Origin: Macrostomum lignano
Taxonomy: Eukaryota
Assembly (NCBI GenBank): GCA_002269645.1
Contig: NIVC01000605.1
Coordinates: 1 to 61,794, forward strand
Reading direction: 5' to 3'
DNA length: 61,794 nt
Shown here: positions 1 through 12,244 of the stretch, one piece after another
Position numbering within the stretch: the first letter of the stretch is position 1
Layout of the letters: the number at the start of each line of letters is the position of its first letter
Position numbers and translations under genes: made by a program
Notes under the pieces: generated by a model
Told to the model about the DNA's origin: nothing
The model's database searches: none
The model's input: only the letters and a program-made list of their open reading frames with translations

Positions 1-1201
1 AGGAAAATACCTGGGAATTATTCCCAAACCAACACATGCTGTCCATGACAAGACCGGTACCGTCAGGCGATCAAGAACGTAAATGTCTGTTGTGATCTTG
101 GTCTCACCGATCGAGATGGAGTCGCGAAACTTTCCTATTACTTTCATGCACTGTCCATTCGCGGCTGGTGGACCATCAGCGGCTTCTAAAATTCGTGGCC
201 TCTTTGCCAGCTTTTGCATGTCTTCTACTCTGATAGCGGTTATATTTGAGCCAGTGTCGGGCATCATTGTTAGTGTGACACCTCCGATTTGTACATTCAC
301 TACGGGGCAATCAGGTTTGCAGCATGGGTGTATTTTTTCGAGCGGCCAGCACCTATCGAAGTGCCCTTTTTGCACAGGCGACACACGTTTTGTCTCTGGC
401 TGGACATGTCTCACCGCGAGTGCTTTTGCTTACCGCAGTAGCCACACGATTGACTTTTGCTCGTCTGGGGTTGTCCTTTTAGGAATCCCGGGTGCAGTCG
501 TCCTGTACGCAGATATTTTTAGCGCATTCAGGCTCGCTGACTTGCAAATTTCGTCCCGCTGTTTTACGCATACTTCTTCAGATTGGCAAATTGTAATTGC
601 CTCGGTGAGACTGAGTTTCGGCTGGGCCAGCAGGCGTTTTACCGTATCTGGATCTCTGATTCCGAGGACGATTTTGTCCTGTGATAAATCGTCTGAGTGC
701 TCACAAAATGCACAAGTTCTCATCAGGTCTCTTAATTCCGTGATGTAGTCGGAGAATGTTTCGCCGTCCTTTTGCTGACGAGTCCAGAACCGATTGCGCT
801 CAACAATAACGTTCACTTGCCCGAGTAGGTGCTCCCACAAAGTCTTGATGACCAATTCCGGGTCTCGAAGTTGTTCCACAGATAGGGGCAGGTTTTTGTA
901 TTTGTTGAACGTCGCAGCAAAGAAAGAGTTTAAAACGCAGGCCCTGCGGTGGGCGATTTCTGTGCCTTCACTTTGGGGCTGTCCGCTTCGCTAAGCTTGA
1001 CCCCATTGCCTCGAAATAGGTCTCGATGGTCGCTTGCCATGCGTCAAACTCGTCTATAGTATCTGTTGCTAGATCGAGACGCGGGATCTGTAGCCCAAGA
1101 AGGCTGAACCGACTGGTACTTGCAGTCACAGCAGCGGCTCCTGCTCCTTGGCTTGTCACTGGTCTCGTAGGCGATATCGATCGCGAGGCCTTTGATCCCA
1201 T
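1..1201 (-). mobile_element. Ty3/Gypsy LTR retrotransposon gag + aspartic protease, frameshifted; pol continues left of the window
   Basis: Minus-strand translation across several frames gives gag-like FDAWQATIETYFEAM...VNVIVERNRFWTRQQKDGETFSDYITELRDL...QDKIVLGIRDPDTVKRLLAQPKLSLTEAITICQSEE, a zinc knuckle CGYCGKQKH..ETCPARDKTC..C.KGHF, and a protease VQIGGVTLTMMPDTGSNITAI (DTG at 258-250). Confidence 0.9.
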
Positions 1202-1305
1202 CGCTGGATTCGGGCTTTTGTTCGTTCTAGCTGGTTCTTGACTGTCGGCAGATTCCGTATGTCCGAATGCAGTGTAGGATGCAACTTAAGAATCAGTGCA
1301 TCAAA

Positions 1306-1323
1306 ATCCTGCTTGCGACGCCA
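1306..1323 (-). promoter_or_regulatory. Primer-binding site of the LTR element (TGGCGTCGCAAGCAGGAT)
   Basis: Starts with TGG directly after the LTR-terminal ...ACA. Its complement ATCCTGCTTGCGACGCCA looks like a tRNA 3' end (Ser-like by resemblance). Confidence 0.75.
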
Positions 1324-1966
1324 TGTTATGTTCTTGGCCTTAAGCCACAGTAATCGGTGCTAGGCCGAAAATGAGTTAATATATTTGGTCGCTTGTTTAG
1401 GGTCGACATATAAACGGGGGCAGATGGTTTCGCACATAGACGAATAATTCGCATGCGCACACAACACCAAGGAATCCACAGAGACGGAAGCGCTCAGACG
1501 GGATGCTGCTGATCTTGACTGACGATCGCCGCCGCTACTCTTCACTTGCCGAAGGTCATTGCTGCTTTCGGTTCGCGGCCGGGAGAGATTGGTGACGTCT
1601 CCCGAGGGAAAACTTAGCTGCTGAAGCCGAAGCTGCCGGGGGAAGGGGGCTCAGATGCCGAAGGGGCAGCCGGAACAAGATACCAGCAAGTCCGGAAACA
1701 CTCAAAGGGTCGGGGAAGCAGCAGGTTACTTGAGCGCGGGTCGAGTTGCCGCCTTTTATAGCTCTCACGCGGCCGATTTGTTATAACGCACGCCGAATTT
1801 TCCGATTGGCTGAGAGCTTTTGTTAAAATAGGCACCGAATTTTCTGATTGGTCGAGACGGGGCAGTCAGGTCGACTCTGATCGGCTGAGCTCAAGATCCC
1901 AAAACCTAACCCACCAGGTGGCCTTCAACCGTCTTGTCGCCGGATTGTCTGGAAGCCCATCTGACA
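1324..1966 (-). mobile_element. 5' LTR (about 640 bp) of the Gypsy element
   Basis: On the minus strand it begins TGTCAG (1966) and ends ...TAACA (1324) next to the PBS. It contains TATAAAA (1760-1754) and two CCAAT boxes (1805-1809, 1847-1851). Composition becomes AT-rich beyond 1966. The outer boundary is tentative because the second LTR is outside the window. Confidence 0.65.
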
Positions 1967-2360
1967 CTAGCTTTTCATAAGTTCAGTTCGAAACTTCGAA
2001 TGCAATTGCGAATGAAAATCCGCTAAAATTGTGATTTAGCTTAGTAGAGAAGCTCATTACTTTAAAAAAACGTAATTATTTTACACATCATACTTAAATT
2101 TTTGATTCAAGGAAAACAAATTATACATTAATGCATAAAATGTTGTTAGAACTATTTTATCGTGCCGTCCAGGTTTTCGCGCTATTTTGATTTATCAAAT
2201 AGAATATTTTACTTAAAGCTACCTAATTGTATTATTTTTACTATCACTTCTTGACCGAATGTTAAATTATCAATTATTTGTTAGTAAAGCTAAGTTGTTT
2301 TGATAAATTTACCATAAAATTAATTGCGATTTTTAAAACTATAATCCCCTTTGACTGAAA

Positions 2361-2366
2361 ATGGAG
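2361..2366 (+). CDS. TMEM258: Candidate first coding micro-exon (Met-Glu) of TMEM258
   Basis: aaaATGGAG|gtatgt: good start context and a strong phase-0 donor that matches the phase-0 acceptor at 4970-4971. Tentative. Confidence 0.3.
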
Positions 2367-2954
2367 GTATGTACATAATAATTATCATTCTAGTGTGGTA
2401 TGCCTGGTATGGTCATGTATGTATTTGCATATTAATTAGGCCTACACTAGCATTTGTACCAGACTACCAGTAGCACCAAATAAACAATAAAGTAGGCCCT
2501 AATAATAAAATAGTTATATTAATATCAAAATAATTTTCATTAATTAATTACTATATCTGCTCAATTTGATAATGATAGCTTTCTAGCTATAGCCTAGTCC
2601 TAGACAATTACAGTCATTTTTTGCAAAACTCAAAAGTGTTTTAAAAAACTTTAGGTCCAGACTCAGCTACAATTTATTATCAATTTTGGCAAGATTAGAT
2701 TTAAATAGATTAGATTTAAATAGACTTAAATAAGGAGTATTGGGTTTCTTTTTTGCTGGCAATAGTGCAGTTTCGTTTGCGAAATTATTTTTTATTTAAA
2801 TTTGAAAGTTCAAAACCAGAAAACAATAACAATAATAAAAATTGTTGTTTTAAACCATTCTAACGATTGTGGCAGAGTTTTTAGCTCCCTGGTTGCTGAA
2901 TTTGCCAACTCGTCATTGTGTTCTAGTGGCGTGGCGGTGTCGGAAAGCCCTGTT

Positions 2955-3279
2955 TGCTCCAAACAATCGGCGCCACATAAACTCCTGGATATGGCTCTCA
3001 AAGAGGGCATCGCTTGTTCCATGAATGGCCCTGAATTTGGCCTTGCATCGCATCTATGTTCCCTCAATTGTGTTGGTGTAGAGTCGCATCATTTGGGTCC
3101 ACAAAATAGAGTCAATGGTTCACGACACTGTGGTCTCTGTGGCCACCAACTACATTCGCCACTTGGTTATAGGCTTGCCAACCATCAGTCAAGATCTGTG
3201 TGCCAGGCAGGACAAACTGCTGGATTATAAGAAGTAGTGTCTAAGCAGACCTGTCAGGCATAACAACTAAAGAGCATTT
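2955..3279 (-). pseudogene. Degenerate Merlin / ISXO2 (IS1595-family) DDE transposase fragment
   Basis: Manual translation: CSLVVMPDRSA*TLLLIIQQFVLPGTQILTDGWQAYNQV...HSVVNH*LYFVDPNDATLH/TNTIEGT*MRCKAKFRAIHGTSDALFESHIQEFMWRR. This carries the PDRSA.TL, I.TDGW.AY, VNH..FVDP, HTNTIE and EFMWRR motifs of the family, with three stops and one frameshift. Confidence 0.85.
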
Positions 3280-4971
3280 GCTGGCAGCACTTCATTTGGT
3301 AGAATTATCCACGAGGGTCTTAGTGGTTGTCCAGCCATGATACAATATATTGTCCAAAAGAAAAAGCAGATACTAGCAGCTTCTCAGCTAAAGGGAAACA
3401 GTTTAAGCCCCCCCCCCCACTTGAGCCCCTTTCGATTTTTTAAACTATTTTTTCCATAAACAACTTGCGTTTCAAGTAGCATTCAAGTGTGGCACATATT
3501 TAATGAAAAAAGTATATTAATAGAGCACCCATTTGCTTTAAAGTTCCGTGACCAGTGAGCTCTAGGCTAGCACAGTTGCTATAATTGTTTTAAACATTGT
3601 TGGTATTGTTTTCTAGTTTCAAACTTTCTCATTTAAAAGAAAAATAATTTCGCAAATGAAACTGCACTATTGCCTTTTTGCTCTATATAGTTATAATTGC
3701 TTTTTAAATATTTAGGTTATAGTCCATTTGTTTGAAAATTTAGTTATTATATTCTTAATCTCAACTTTAAAAAGAGTAAACACAGCAAGTAGGATATGTA
3801 GATAACTAATTGGATTCTTAGAAAATTATTTTTAGGCATTTACAAATCATTTTTAGTATTGTACTAATATATTCTTATATTTGCTTACTGCTGCAATAAT
3901 TTAAGATTTATATATAATCATTGTAATGTTTTTTATTTCAATAATAAACAAAATTATTGAATAAAAAAATTTAAATCATTTTTTTATTTCAATAATAAAT
4001 AATGCCAAAGGGATCAATCATAATAAAAGTATTTTTTTTGTATTTTAGCAGAAAAAATACCTAATAAAGATTTTGTTTAAATTTGAAAAGCTATAAAAGC
4101 TTTTGCTAATATATTATATATATTAAGATATAATACAAGGATATATCTATGGTTTACATAAACACAATTATTGCTATTCAGTAATATTATACATAGAACA
4201 TGCAAGAAAGCAAAAGATAATGTCATGCATAGAAAAAAGTTATAGAATAAGGTTACATGTCCATCTTCTTCATATAGTCCTTGCTTGTATGATACTATAA
4301 CTGTATAATATATATAATAATATTTTTCATATACTTATAGCAGTACTAGGCAGCTATTTATTATTGGAATTATGCTTTTACATTTGCCCCTTCTATATAC
4401 TAGACCATCTTGCATGTATACATATACACAGTAGCAAGGGCTAGCTGGACTTTATAGTTTTGTATCCAAAAAGCTTATTGCATTCAAAGTATGAGGAATT
4501 CTACTTATCCAATGGCTGAAATATACTAGTTTATGCTACCTATTCATGTATTTTGTTTTGTATAAGCAGTAAATCAACAGTAAAAAGTGAGTGTTGGTCA
4601 TACTAAATTTTGTATTTTCTGAGTTTCAATTATGAAAAATTTCAATTTTGATTTCAGGAAGTAGCAAATTTCAATTTCAGTTTTGATTTTGACAGAAAAG
4701 GCACCTTTGAAACATCTCTATAACAAATAGATTTAGTTCTTTTAAGCAATAAAAAATCTATTTATATATTTGTCATTGCTCCAATTTTAAAGAAACTTTA
4801 GGAATTCTACAAAGGTAGTTTAATATCAGTAATGCTAAAAAAGTAACAATATTGCTAGCATTTCTGTTACTAATACCAATGTAATGACAATCATGTCTTA
4901 CATGATTACTGTAGATATGTATTTATTCATATCCGGTATTCACAATCTGTTTTACATCTGCACTCCAATAG

Positions 4972-5211
4972 ATTGCTCTGGACTCCATGGTTCGTTATGT
5001 GTCGCCAATCAACCCGGCTGTGTTCCCGCACCTCACCCTGGTGCTGCTCGGCATTGGCATCTTCTTCACTGCTTGGTTCTTCGTCTATGAAGTGACGGCC
5101 AACAAGTTTAGCCGCGACATCTTCAAGGAGATTCTCATCTCGCTGGTTGCCTCCGTGTTCATGGGATTTGGCATCCTGTTTCTGTGCCTGTGGGTTGGGA
5201 TTTATGTTTAG
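4972..5211 (+). CDS. TMEM258: Oligosaccharyltransferase subunit TMEM258 (OST5/kuduk), main exon
   Basis: [41 protein letters not shown]...[28 protein letters not shown] closely matches the family. Acceptor ccaatag at 4971; in-frame ATG at 4987; AATAAA at 5562-5567. Confidence 0.95.
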   Translation: MALDSMVRYVSPINPAVFPHLTLVLLGIGIFFTAWFFVYEVTANKFSRDIFKEILISLVASVFMGFGILFLCLWVGIYV

Positions 5212-5679
5212 TTGGCATTGATTCAAACATTTCAGATTGACTTGAGCTGTTCTGCTGCCAAAATGGTTTTTTTCTAACACGCTAGCGTTTTTAATAGTCG
5301 ATATCGTAATTTAAGGCTAACAAAGAAATATTGTTGGATGTTGTTTCGCATTACTAAACTCTACTACTAGCTTATATTCCTGTTACTGTTAGTAGTGTAT
5401 TAATAATATGCGTTTCTCACGACTATGTGGTGTGTTTTCTCTGTTACGACTATTATATGTCTACTTATGCATTCATTATAAAAAGACTTTGAATTAGTCC
5501 CGAAATCAGATCAAATCCGAATTCTTTTCCATTTGCGCTGTAACTGTGCGCTTAGAATTTCAATAAATAGGAATTATTAGCCGCTGTGCAATCTTTAGGC
5601 CTGCTTATGGAGTACATTGCAGTGTACTGCTTTCTCCTTTCATTCATTAGTTGTTTTTAAAATGCTATTGTAGAACACT

Positions 5680-5981
5680 CCCCAGATCCTCAGTTGCTGG
5701 GCCAGCCTCCCAGATCCTCAGTTGCTGGGCCAGCCTCCCAGATCCTCAGTTGCTGGGCCAGCCTCCCAGATCCTCAGTTGCTGAGCCAGCTTCCCAGAGT
5801 GTCAGATGCTGGGCCAGCCTCCCAGATCCTCAGTTGCTAGGCCAGCCTCCCAGATCCTCAGTTGCTGAGCCAGCTTCCCAGAGTGTCAGATGCTGGGTCA
5901 GCCTTCCAGATCATCAGTTGCTGGGCTAGCCTTCCAGATCCTCAGTTGCTAGGGCAGTCTCCCAGATCCTCAATTGCTGGG
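5680..5981. repeat. 28-bp minisatellite (cccagatcctcagttgctgggccagcct)
   Basis: About 10 direct copies; the same unit recurs at 19895-19997. Confidence 0.9.
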
Positions 5982-6035
5982 CATTTCTTAGTCATAGTTA
6001 CAACTAGTCCAGCTTCTCCGCCTCATCTTCTGACG

Positions 6036-7079
6036 ATGGAGCGCGCAGCGCAGCTCCTAGACCAGCTGGACGCGCAGAGCCTCGCCCTCGAGCTGCTGTC
6101 CGAGCGCATCGATCGAATGCGCGCAGCCAACGCCCGGGCCATCGGCGACTTGGATCGCCACTGTGGCTCCGGTCTCGTCACCGAGCTGCCGCCGGCGCCG
6201 CTGATGTCGGCGGAGGCCGCGGCCGCCTGCGCCGTCACCCGCGAGGCCGCTTGCCGAGTGGAGCTGCGCCTCCTGCTGGCCAGAAACCAGCAGCGCTGGC
6301 GCCGGCACCACCAGCAGCAGCTGCAGCAGAAGCAGCAATTCCAGCAGCAGCAGCAACAGAATCCGTCGGCTTTGCCGCCGCAAGAGCCGCGCACCCGAAC
6401 CGACGCCCTGAGCGTCTCCTACCAGAAGCAGAAACTGCAGCAACAGCAACAGCAGCAGCAGCAACAGGCAGCCAATCAGCTGCCGCAATCGTCTGTCAAC
6501 TCGTGCGTGAAGACCAGCGCCTCCAGCAGCGAGGACCCGCTGGTCAGCACCGTGATTCAGAACCGGCAGCCGGCCACCGTCACGGAGCCGGCCCCGCCAA
6601 CTGAGAGCACAGACCTTGGCCAGTACATGCGGGCCAGCCTGACCAGCTCTGCCATGAGCAGTCTGCCACACGACGATGACGAGCTTGACAATCAAGATGA
6701 CGAGCAGGACGCGGAGGTAGAGCAGCGCGAGAGGCACTACGGCGATATCGGCGACCTGGTTGATGGCGGGGGCCATGTTGCAGCCTCCTCGACCGCCGCT
6801 GCCGCTGTTGCTGCCGCAGCCGGCGAGCGTCAGCGCTGCGAGCGGGAGCTTCGAGATCAGGAGAGCCGACTGCTCCGTGCTCAGGCGGCCCTGGCCGCTG
6901 TCAGGGAAGAGGCATCGCTTCAGCCGGCTCAATCTCGGCAGCCGCGGCAGCAGCATTCGAATTCCTACGCAGCCATGGGACCGGCCGGGCATCCGCGCTA
7001 CAGGCGGGCCTGGTGCCGGCTCACCGCCATTGGGCGGGGATTCTTAGTTCGCCGTCTAATGCAGAGTGATCGGGTCCAG
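6036..7079 (+). CDS. CCP110: CP110-like centriolar protein, exon 1
   Basis: GC-rich ORF with Q-rich and coiled-coil segments, ending RLTAIGRGFLVRRLMQSDRVQ (start of the CP110 IQ/calmodulin-binding region). Donor CAG|gtgagc is phase 0. Start codon uncertain. Confidence 0.8.
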
Positions 7080-7142
7080 GTGAGCAGGGCTTGTTTTTGC
7101 AGCGCTTGGCTTGCTCTTATATGCGAAGGCTGTGAGCAGTTA

Positions 7143-7556
7143 CCAGATCCCTCACTTGCCATATCCCAGATCCTTTATTCCTTATCACGGATCCCAGATC
7201 CTATATCCCAAATCTCAGATCCCATATCCCAGTATTCCAGATCTCATATCCCATATTCCAGATCTCATATCCCAGATCCCTTATCCTATATCCCATATCC
7301 TAGTTTCTAGATCTCATATCCTAGATCCAATATCCCAGATCCCATATCCTAGATCCCATATCCTAGATCCCATATCCTATATCCCAGATCCCAAATCCTA
7401 GATCCCATATCTCAGATCTTATATCCCAGGACCAGATCCCATATCCTAGATCCCATATCCCAGATCCCAAATCCTAGATTCCATATCCCAAATCCTAGAT
7501 TCCATATCCCAAATCCTAGATCCCAAATCCCAGATCCCACATCCCACATCCCATAG
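7143..7556. repeat. Degenerate cccagatcccatat repeat in CP110 intron 1
   Basis: Visible tandem units; it explains the spurious C-terminal tail of ORF 5862-7310. Confidence 0.85.
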
Positions 7557-7590
7557 CCCAGAGTGCAATCCCGAGCCCCGCGCCCTCCAG

Positions 7591-8028
7591 GAAATAGTCC
7601 GAGCAATCCGGGACACGGCCGAGTTTGCGGTCTCGCTGGTCCGGCAGCGCCAATCGGCGGTCCCGGCGGCGGGCGCCATCGTGGGCAGCGCGGCGATCAG
7701 CGACATGGCGCTGCAGGAGCGCGTAGTGAAAAGTCTGCGCGCCTCGCTGCTAGAATTGCACGACGTGTTCTTCTCGCTGCCAAGGCGACGCCAGCTGGGC
7801 CTGATTGCCGCCACCCGGCAGGCGAGGATCGAGGCGCTGAGGAAACGGGCCAGCGTGGCCACCAGCGTGGAGACAACCGGCTCTTTCTCCGCCCCGAGCG
7901 CGTCCGCCGCCGTTTCTAGCGACGCTGGCTCGTCTCCAAGGCAGCACCGGCAGCTCGAATTGCTGGCCGGCAGCGGCGGCTCAGTTCAGCCCCAGCAGCT
8001 GCAGCAGACATCCGTGACCAAGAAGATG
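7591..8028 (+). CDS. CCP110: CP110-like, exon 2
   Basis: ccag|EIVRAIRDTAEFAVSL...DMALQERVVKSLRASLLELHDVFF...ATRQAR matches the conserved CP110 C-terminal block. Donor ATG|gtttgt is phase 0. Confidence 0.85.
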
Positions 8029-8092
8029 GTTTGTCCTGATTTTAAATTCATGTGCTGATGCTCTTGTGTCACCTAGGGCGCCTTATTCTGTT

Positions 8093-9266
8093 GCTAATCC
8101 CCTCTCATGATCCTTCATGTGACTGCTAATCCCCTCTCACGATCCTAAATGTGACTGCTGATCCCCTCTCACGATCCTAAATGTGACTGCTAATCCCCTC
8201 TCACGATCCTAAATGTGACTGCTGATCCCCTCTCACGATCCTAAATGTGACTGCTAATCCCCTCTCACGATCCTAAATGTGACTGCTAATCCCCTCTCAC
8301 GATCCTAAATGTGACTGCTAATCCCCTCTCACGATCCTTCATGTGACTGCTAATCCCCTCTCACGATCCTAAATGTGACTGCTGATCCCCTCTCACGATC
8401 CTAAATGTGACTGCTAATCCCCTCTCATGATCCTTCATGTGACTGCTAATCCCCTCTCACGATCCTAAATGTGACTGCTAATCCCCTCTCACGATCCTAA
8501 ATGTGACTGCTAATCCCCTCTCACGATCCTAAATGTGACTGCTAATCCCCTCTCATAATCCTACATGTGACTGCTAATCCCCTCTCATAATCCTACATGT
8601 GACTGCTAATCCCCTCTCACGATCCTACATGTGACTGCTAATCCCCTCTCATGATCCTACATGTGACTGCTAATCCCCTCTCATGATCCTACATGTGACT
8701 GCTAATCCCCTCTCACGATCCTAAATGTGACTGCTAATCCCCTCTCACGATCCTAAATGTGACTGCTAATCCCCTCTCACGATCCTAAATGTGACTGCTA
8801 ATCCCCTCTCACGATCCTAAATGTGACTGCTAATCCCCTCTCATAATCCTACATGTGACTGCTAATCCCCTCTCATAATCCTACATGTGACTGCTAATCC
8901 CCTCTCACGATCCTACATGTGACTGCTAATCCCCTCTCATGATCCTACATGTGACTGCTAATCCCCTCTCATGATCCTACATGTGACTGCTAATCCCCTC
9001 TCACGATCCTAAATGTGACTGCTAATCCCCTCTCACGATCCTAAATGTGACTGCTAATCCCCTCTCACGATCCTAAATGTGACTGCTAATCCCCTCTCAC
9101 GATCCTAAATGTGACTGCTAATCCCCTCTCATAATCCTACATGTGACTGCTAATCCCCTCTCATAATCCTACATGTGACTTCTAATCCCCTCTCATGATC
9201 CTACATGTGACTGCTAATCCCCTCTCATAATCCTACATGTGACTGCTAATCCCCTCTCATGATCCC
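8093..9266. repeat. 32-bp minisatellite (gctaatcccctctcacgatcctaaatgtgact) filling CP110 intron 2
   Basis: About 36 near-perfect copies. Confidence 0.95.
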
Positions 9267-9315
9267 ACACTGATCCTACAGTCCCCTACAATCTTACAAT
9301 ATCCCCAACCCGCAG

Positions 9316-9864
9316 ATCTCCGCTGCAACTCGCAAGCGGATGCTGGCCCGCCAGCAGCAGCAGCAACAAGCCCCTAGCAACCGGCCAGCCACAGCCGCAG
9401 TTGTCAGGCAGCCGCAGGCGCACCCAGCCCAGTTGCTAAGCAACGGCAGGAGCGCAGAGTCGGCCCCGGCGTCCCGACCGAAAACTGCGCCAAACTCGGT
9501 GACCAACAGCAAGGCTGGCAGCCACAACAGCAACAACAACAGCAACAACAACAGCAACAACAACAGCAACAACAACAACAACAACAACAACAAGCATTAC
9601 AGCAGCGGCAATAGCAACGGCAGTGCCAATGCTGCCAGTCAGCTATCGCGGCGTCACCAGGAGCAGCCGCCTGTCAATCATCAGCTGGCCGCTGCCGTCA
9701 AGCGTCACATGGCTCTTGACGGCCATCGTCGGGTCACTCGCCTGCTGGCTGGCAACGGTCGCAGCGGCAGCGCAGCCTCCGATGAGGCACAATCGCCGAC
9801 CTCCGATGAGATCGCCGACCTCACTGCTATGGGCCCGGCTCCCGTGATTTACGTGAAAAAGTAG
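9316..9864 (+). CDS. CCP110: CP110-like, exon 3 (terminal)
   Basis: cgcag|ISAATRKRMLARQ, compare the CP110 LSAATQKSLDRK motif. Phase 0; stop TAG at 9862-9864. Confidence 0.75.
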   Translation: MSAATRKRMLARQQQQQQAPSNRPATAAVVRQPQAHPAQLLSNGRSAESAPASRPKTAPNSVTNSKAGSHNSNNNSNNNSNNNSNNNNNNNNKHYSSGNSNGSANAASQLSRRHQEQPPVNHQLAAAVKRHMALDGHRRVTRLLAGNGRSGSAASDEAQSPTSDEIADLTAMGPAPVIYVKK

Positions 9865-9887
9865 CGAGTAGTACTCGTTTGTCACAT

Positions 9888-10100
9888 GATATCCCTATTT
9901 TAGAAATCCCCAATTGGATATTGATCCCAATTTATAAATCCATAATCTGGGATATTGATCCCAATGTAGAAATCCTTAATTTGGGATATTGATCCCAATT
10001 TAGAAATCCTTAATTTGGGATATTGATCCCAATTTAGAAATCCATAATTTGCTATATTGATCCCAATTTGGGATGCTAGAATCCCTATTTTAAAAATCCC
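9888..10100. repeat. 34-bp minisatellite (gatattgatcccaatttagaaatccttaatttgg)
   Basis: About 5-6 diverged copies directly after the CP110 stop. Confidence 0.8.
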
Positions 10101-10435
10101 TTATTTCTTATATTAATCCCTACTTCAGAAGTCCCAACAGGGGTTCATTATGGCTTATCTTTGAACTTGCAAGCACATTTTTGAGCTCGAATATCAACGG
10201 CCGTCTTTGTTCGCAAACATTCGCACCTGAGGCATTTTTACTACTACTGCATATACTACTACATATATATTTACTACTGATTATTGGGCTGGTAGGCCCT
10301 GCCTGCTACGGTGTCACACCTGTTCCCTACTGTTCCCCACCGGCTTTCACTCCGCTTTGCAAAAAAAAGTTTTTTATCCTTTGCGCGGCCGAGATGGCTT
10401 TTTTAACGCCATTTGCTTGACTCTGTTGACTTGCT

Positions 10436-11535
10436 TTTCACACCTTGTGTCACTCTATTCCTTCAATTTGGGTGTCATCACTCCTTGTGTCACTCCATTC
10501 CTTCAATTTGGGTGTCATCACTCCTTGTGTCACTCCATTCCTTCAATTTGGGTATATTGTCACTCCTTGTGTCACTCCATTCCTTCAATTTGGGTATCTT
10601 GTCACTCATTGTGTCACTCCATTCCTTCAATTTGGGTATCTTGTCACTCCTTGTGTCACTCTATTCCTTCAATTTGGGTATCTTGTCACACCTTGTGTCA
10701 CTCCATTCCTTCAATTTGGGTATCTTGTCACTCCTTGTGTCACTCTATTCCTTCAATTTGGGTATCTTGTCACTCCTTGTGTCACTCTATTCCTTCAATT
10801 TGGGTATCTTGTCACTCCTTGTGTCACTCTATTCCTTCAATTTGGGTATCTTGTCACTCCTTGTGTCACTCTATTCCTTCAATTTGGGTGTCATCACTCC
10901 TTGTGTCACTATTCCTTCAATTTAGGTGTCTTGTCACTCCTTGTGTCACTCTATTCCTTCAATTTAGGTATCTTGTCACTCCTTGTGTCACTCTATTCCT
11001 TCAATTTAGGTATCTTGTCACTCCTTGTGTCACTCTATTCCTTCAATTTAGGTATCTTGTCACTCCTTGTGTCACTCTATTCCTTCAATTTAGGTGTCTT
11101 GTCACTCCTTGTGTCACTCTATTCCTTCAATTTAGGTATCTTGTCACTCCTTGTGTCACTCTATTCCTTCAATTTGGGTATCTTGTCACTCCTTGTGTCA
11201 CTCTATTCCTTCAATTTAGGTGTCTTGTCACTCCTTGTGTCACTCTATTCCTTCAATTTGGGTATCTTGTCACATCTTGTATCACTCTATTCCTTCAATT
11301 TGGGTGTCATCACTCCTTGTGTCACTATTCCTTCAATTTAGGTGTCTTGTCACATCTTGTATCACTCTATTCCTTCAATTTAGGTATCTTGTCACTCCTT
11401 GTGTCACTCTATTCCTTCGATTTGGGTATCTTGTCACACCTTGTGTCACTCCATTCCTTCAATTTGGGTATCTTGTCACACCTTGTGTCACTCTATTCTT
11501 TCAATTTGGGTATCTTGTCATTTTTTGTGTCACTC
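10436..11535. repeat. 41/42-bp minisatellite (cttgtcactccttgtgtcactctattccttcaatttgggtat)
   Basis: About 26 copies; source of the ORFs at 10357-11679. Confidence 0.95.
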
Positions 11536-12244
11536 CATTACTTTAATATCGGCTTCTTTTCACATTTTTCATTCCGTGTTTCATCACCAACAGCTTGTTC
11601 TGTGGACCAGAAATTTCTGTTAAAATTAATTGTAGACAAAACCTGCCCTCTTCTACTTATTTTCAGTAGTTATCAGTAGTATGTGTAGCTCGTTCTTCCG
11701 ATGGATACAATATTTATATTTATTATTTGGCATCGAACTTGTATCGCGTTGAACGCTTGTCAATCCAATAAATCTACATTTTATGTCAAGCATATCAATA
11801 ATTATAATTTTGTTTATTCACTCAAACTGCGGGATATTTATGTATTAGTTGTTTGCTTTGGCTTGTAAATATACCGACATGAGCTGCTTCTCAGCCTGGA
11901 ACAGTCCGTTTGGAAATAGTTTCATAATAACTGCTTTCTATAAAGTCATGCAGCACATTTCTGTTTTTATTTGAGTTCAAGAAAGTAAAGTATTGGGATC
12001 ATAGTTCTGCTCCTTCCCAATATTTATATTCATAAATGACAAGATCTGTTTACAGCTCAGCGATTGCTTTAGAAAGGAAAGGAAACTCTGATAAATAATT
12101 GGCATTCAGAAAAATTACAGTAAATATTGAAGTACTCGGTGAACTTACATCAGCCTTGAAAATATTTACAGAATTTTTCGGGTTAGCAAAACTGCAATGG
12201 GCGATTCTTTGTAGTCTGGGGCACCTTGTCAGTACTGGCGAGTT

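Noticed and set aside
83-748. 221-aa plus-strand ORF
   Set aside because: Antisense to the Gypsy gag-protease.
3929-3969. AT-rich hairpin
   Set aside because: Low-complexity sequence where such stems are expected by chance; no TSD or family evidence.
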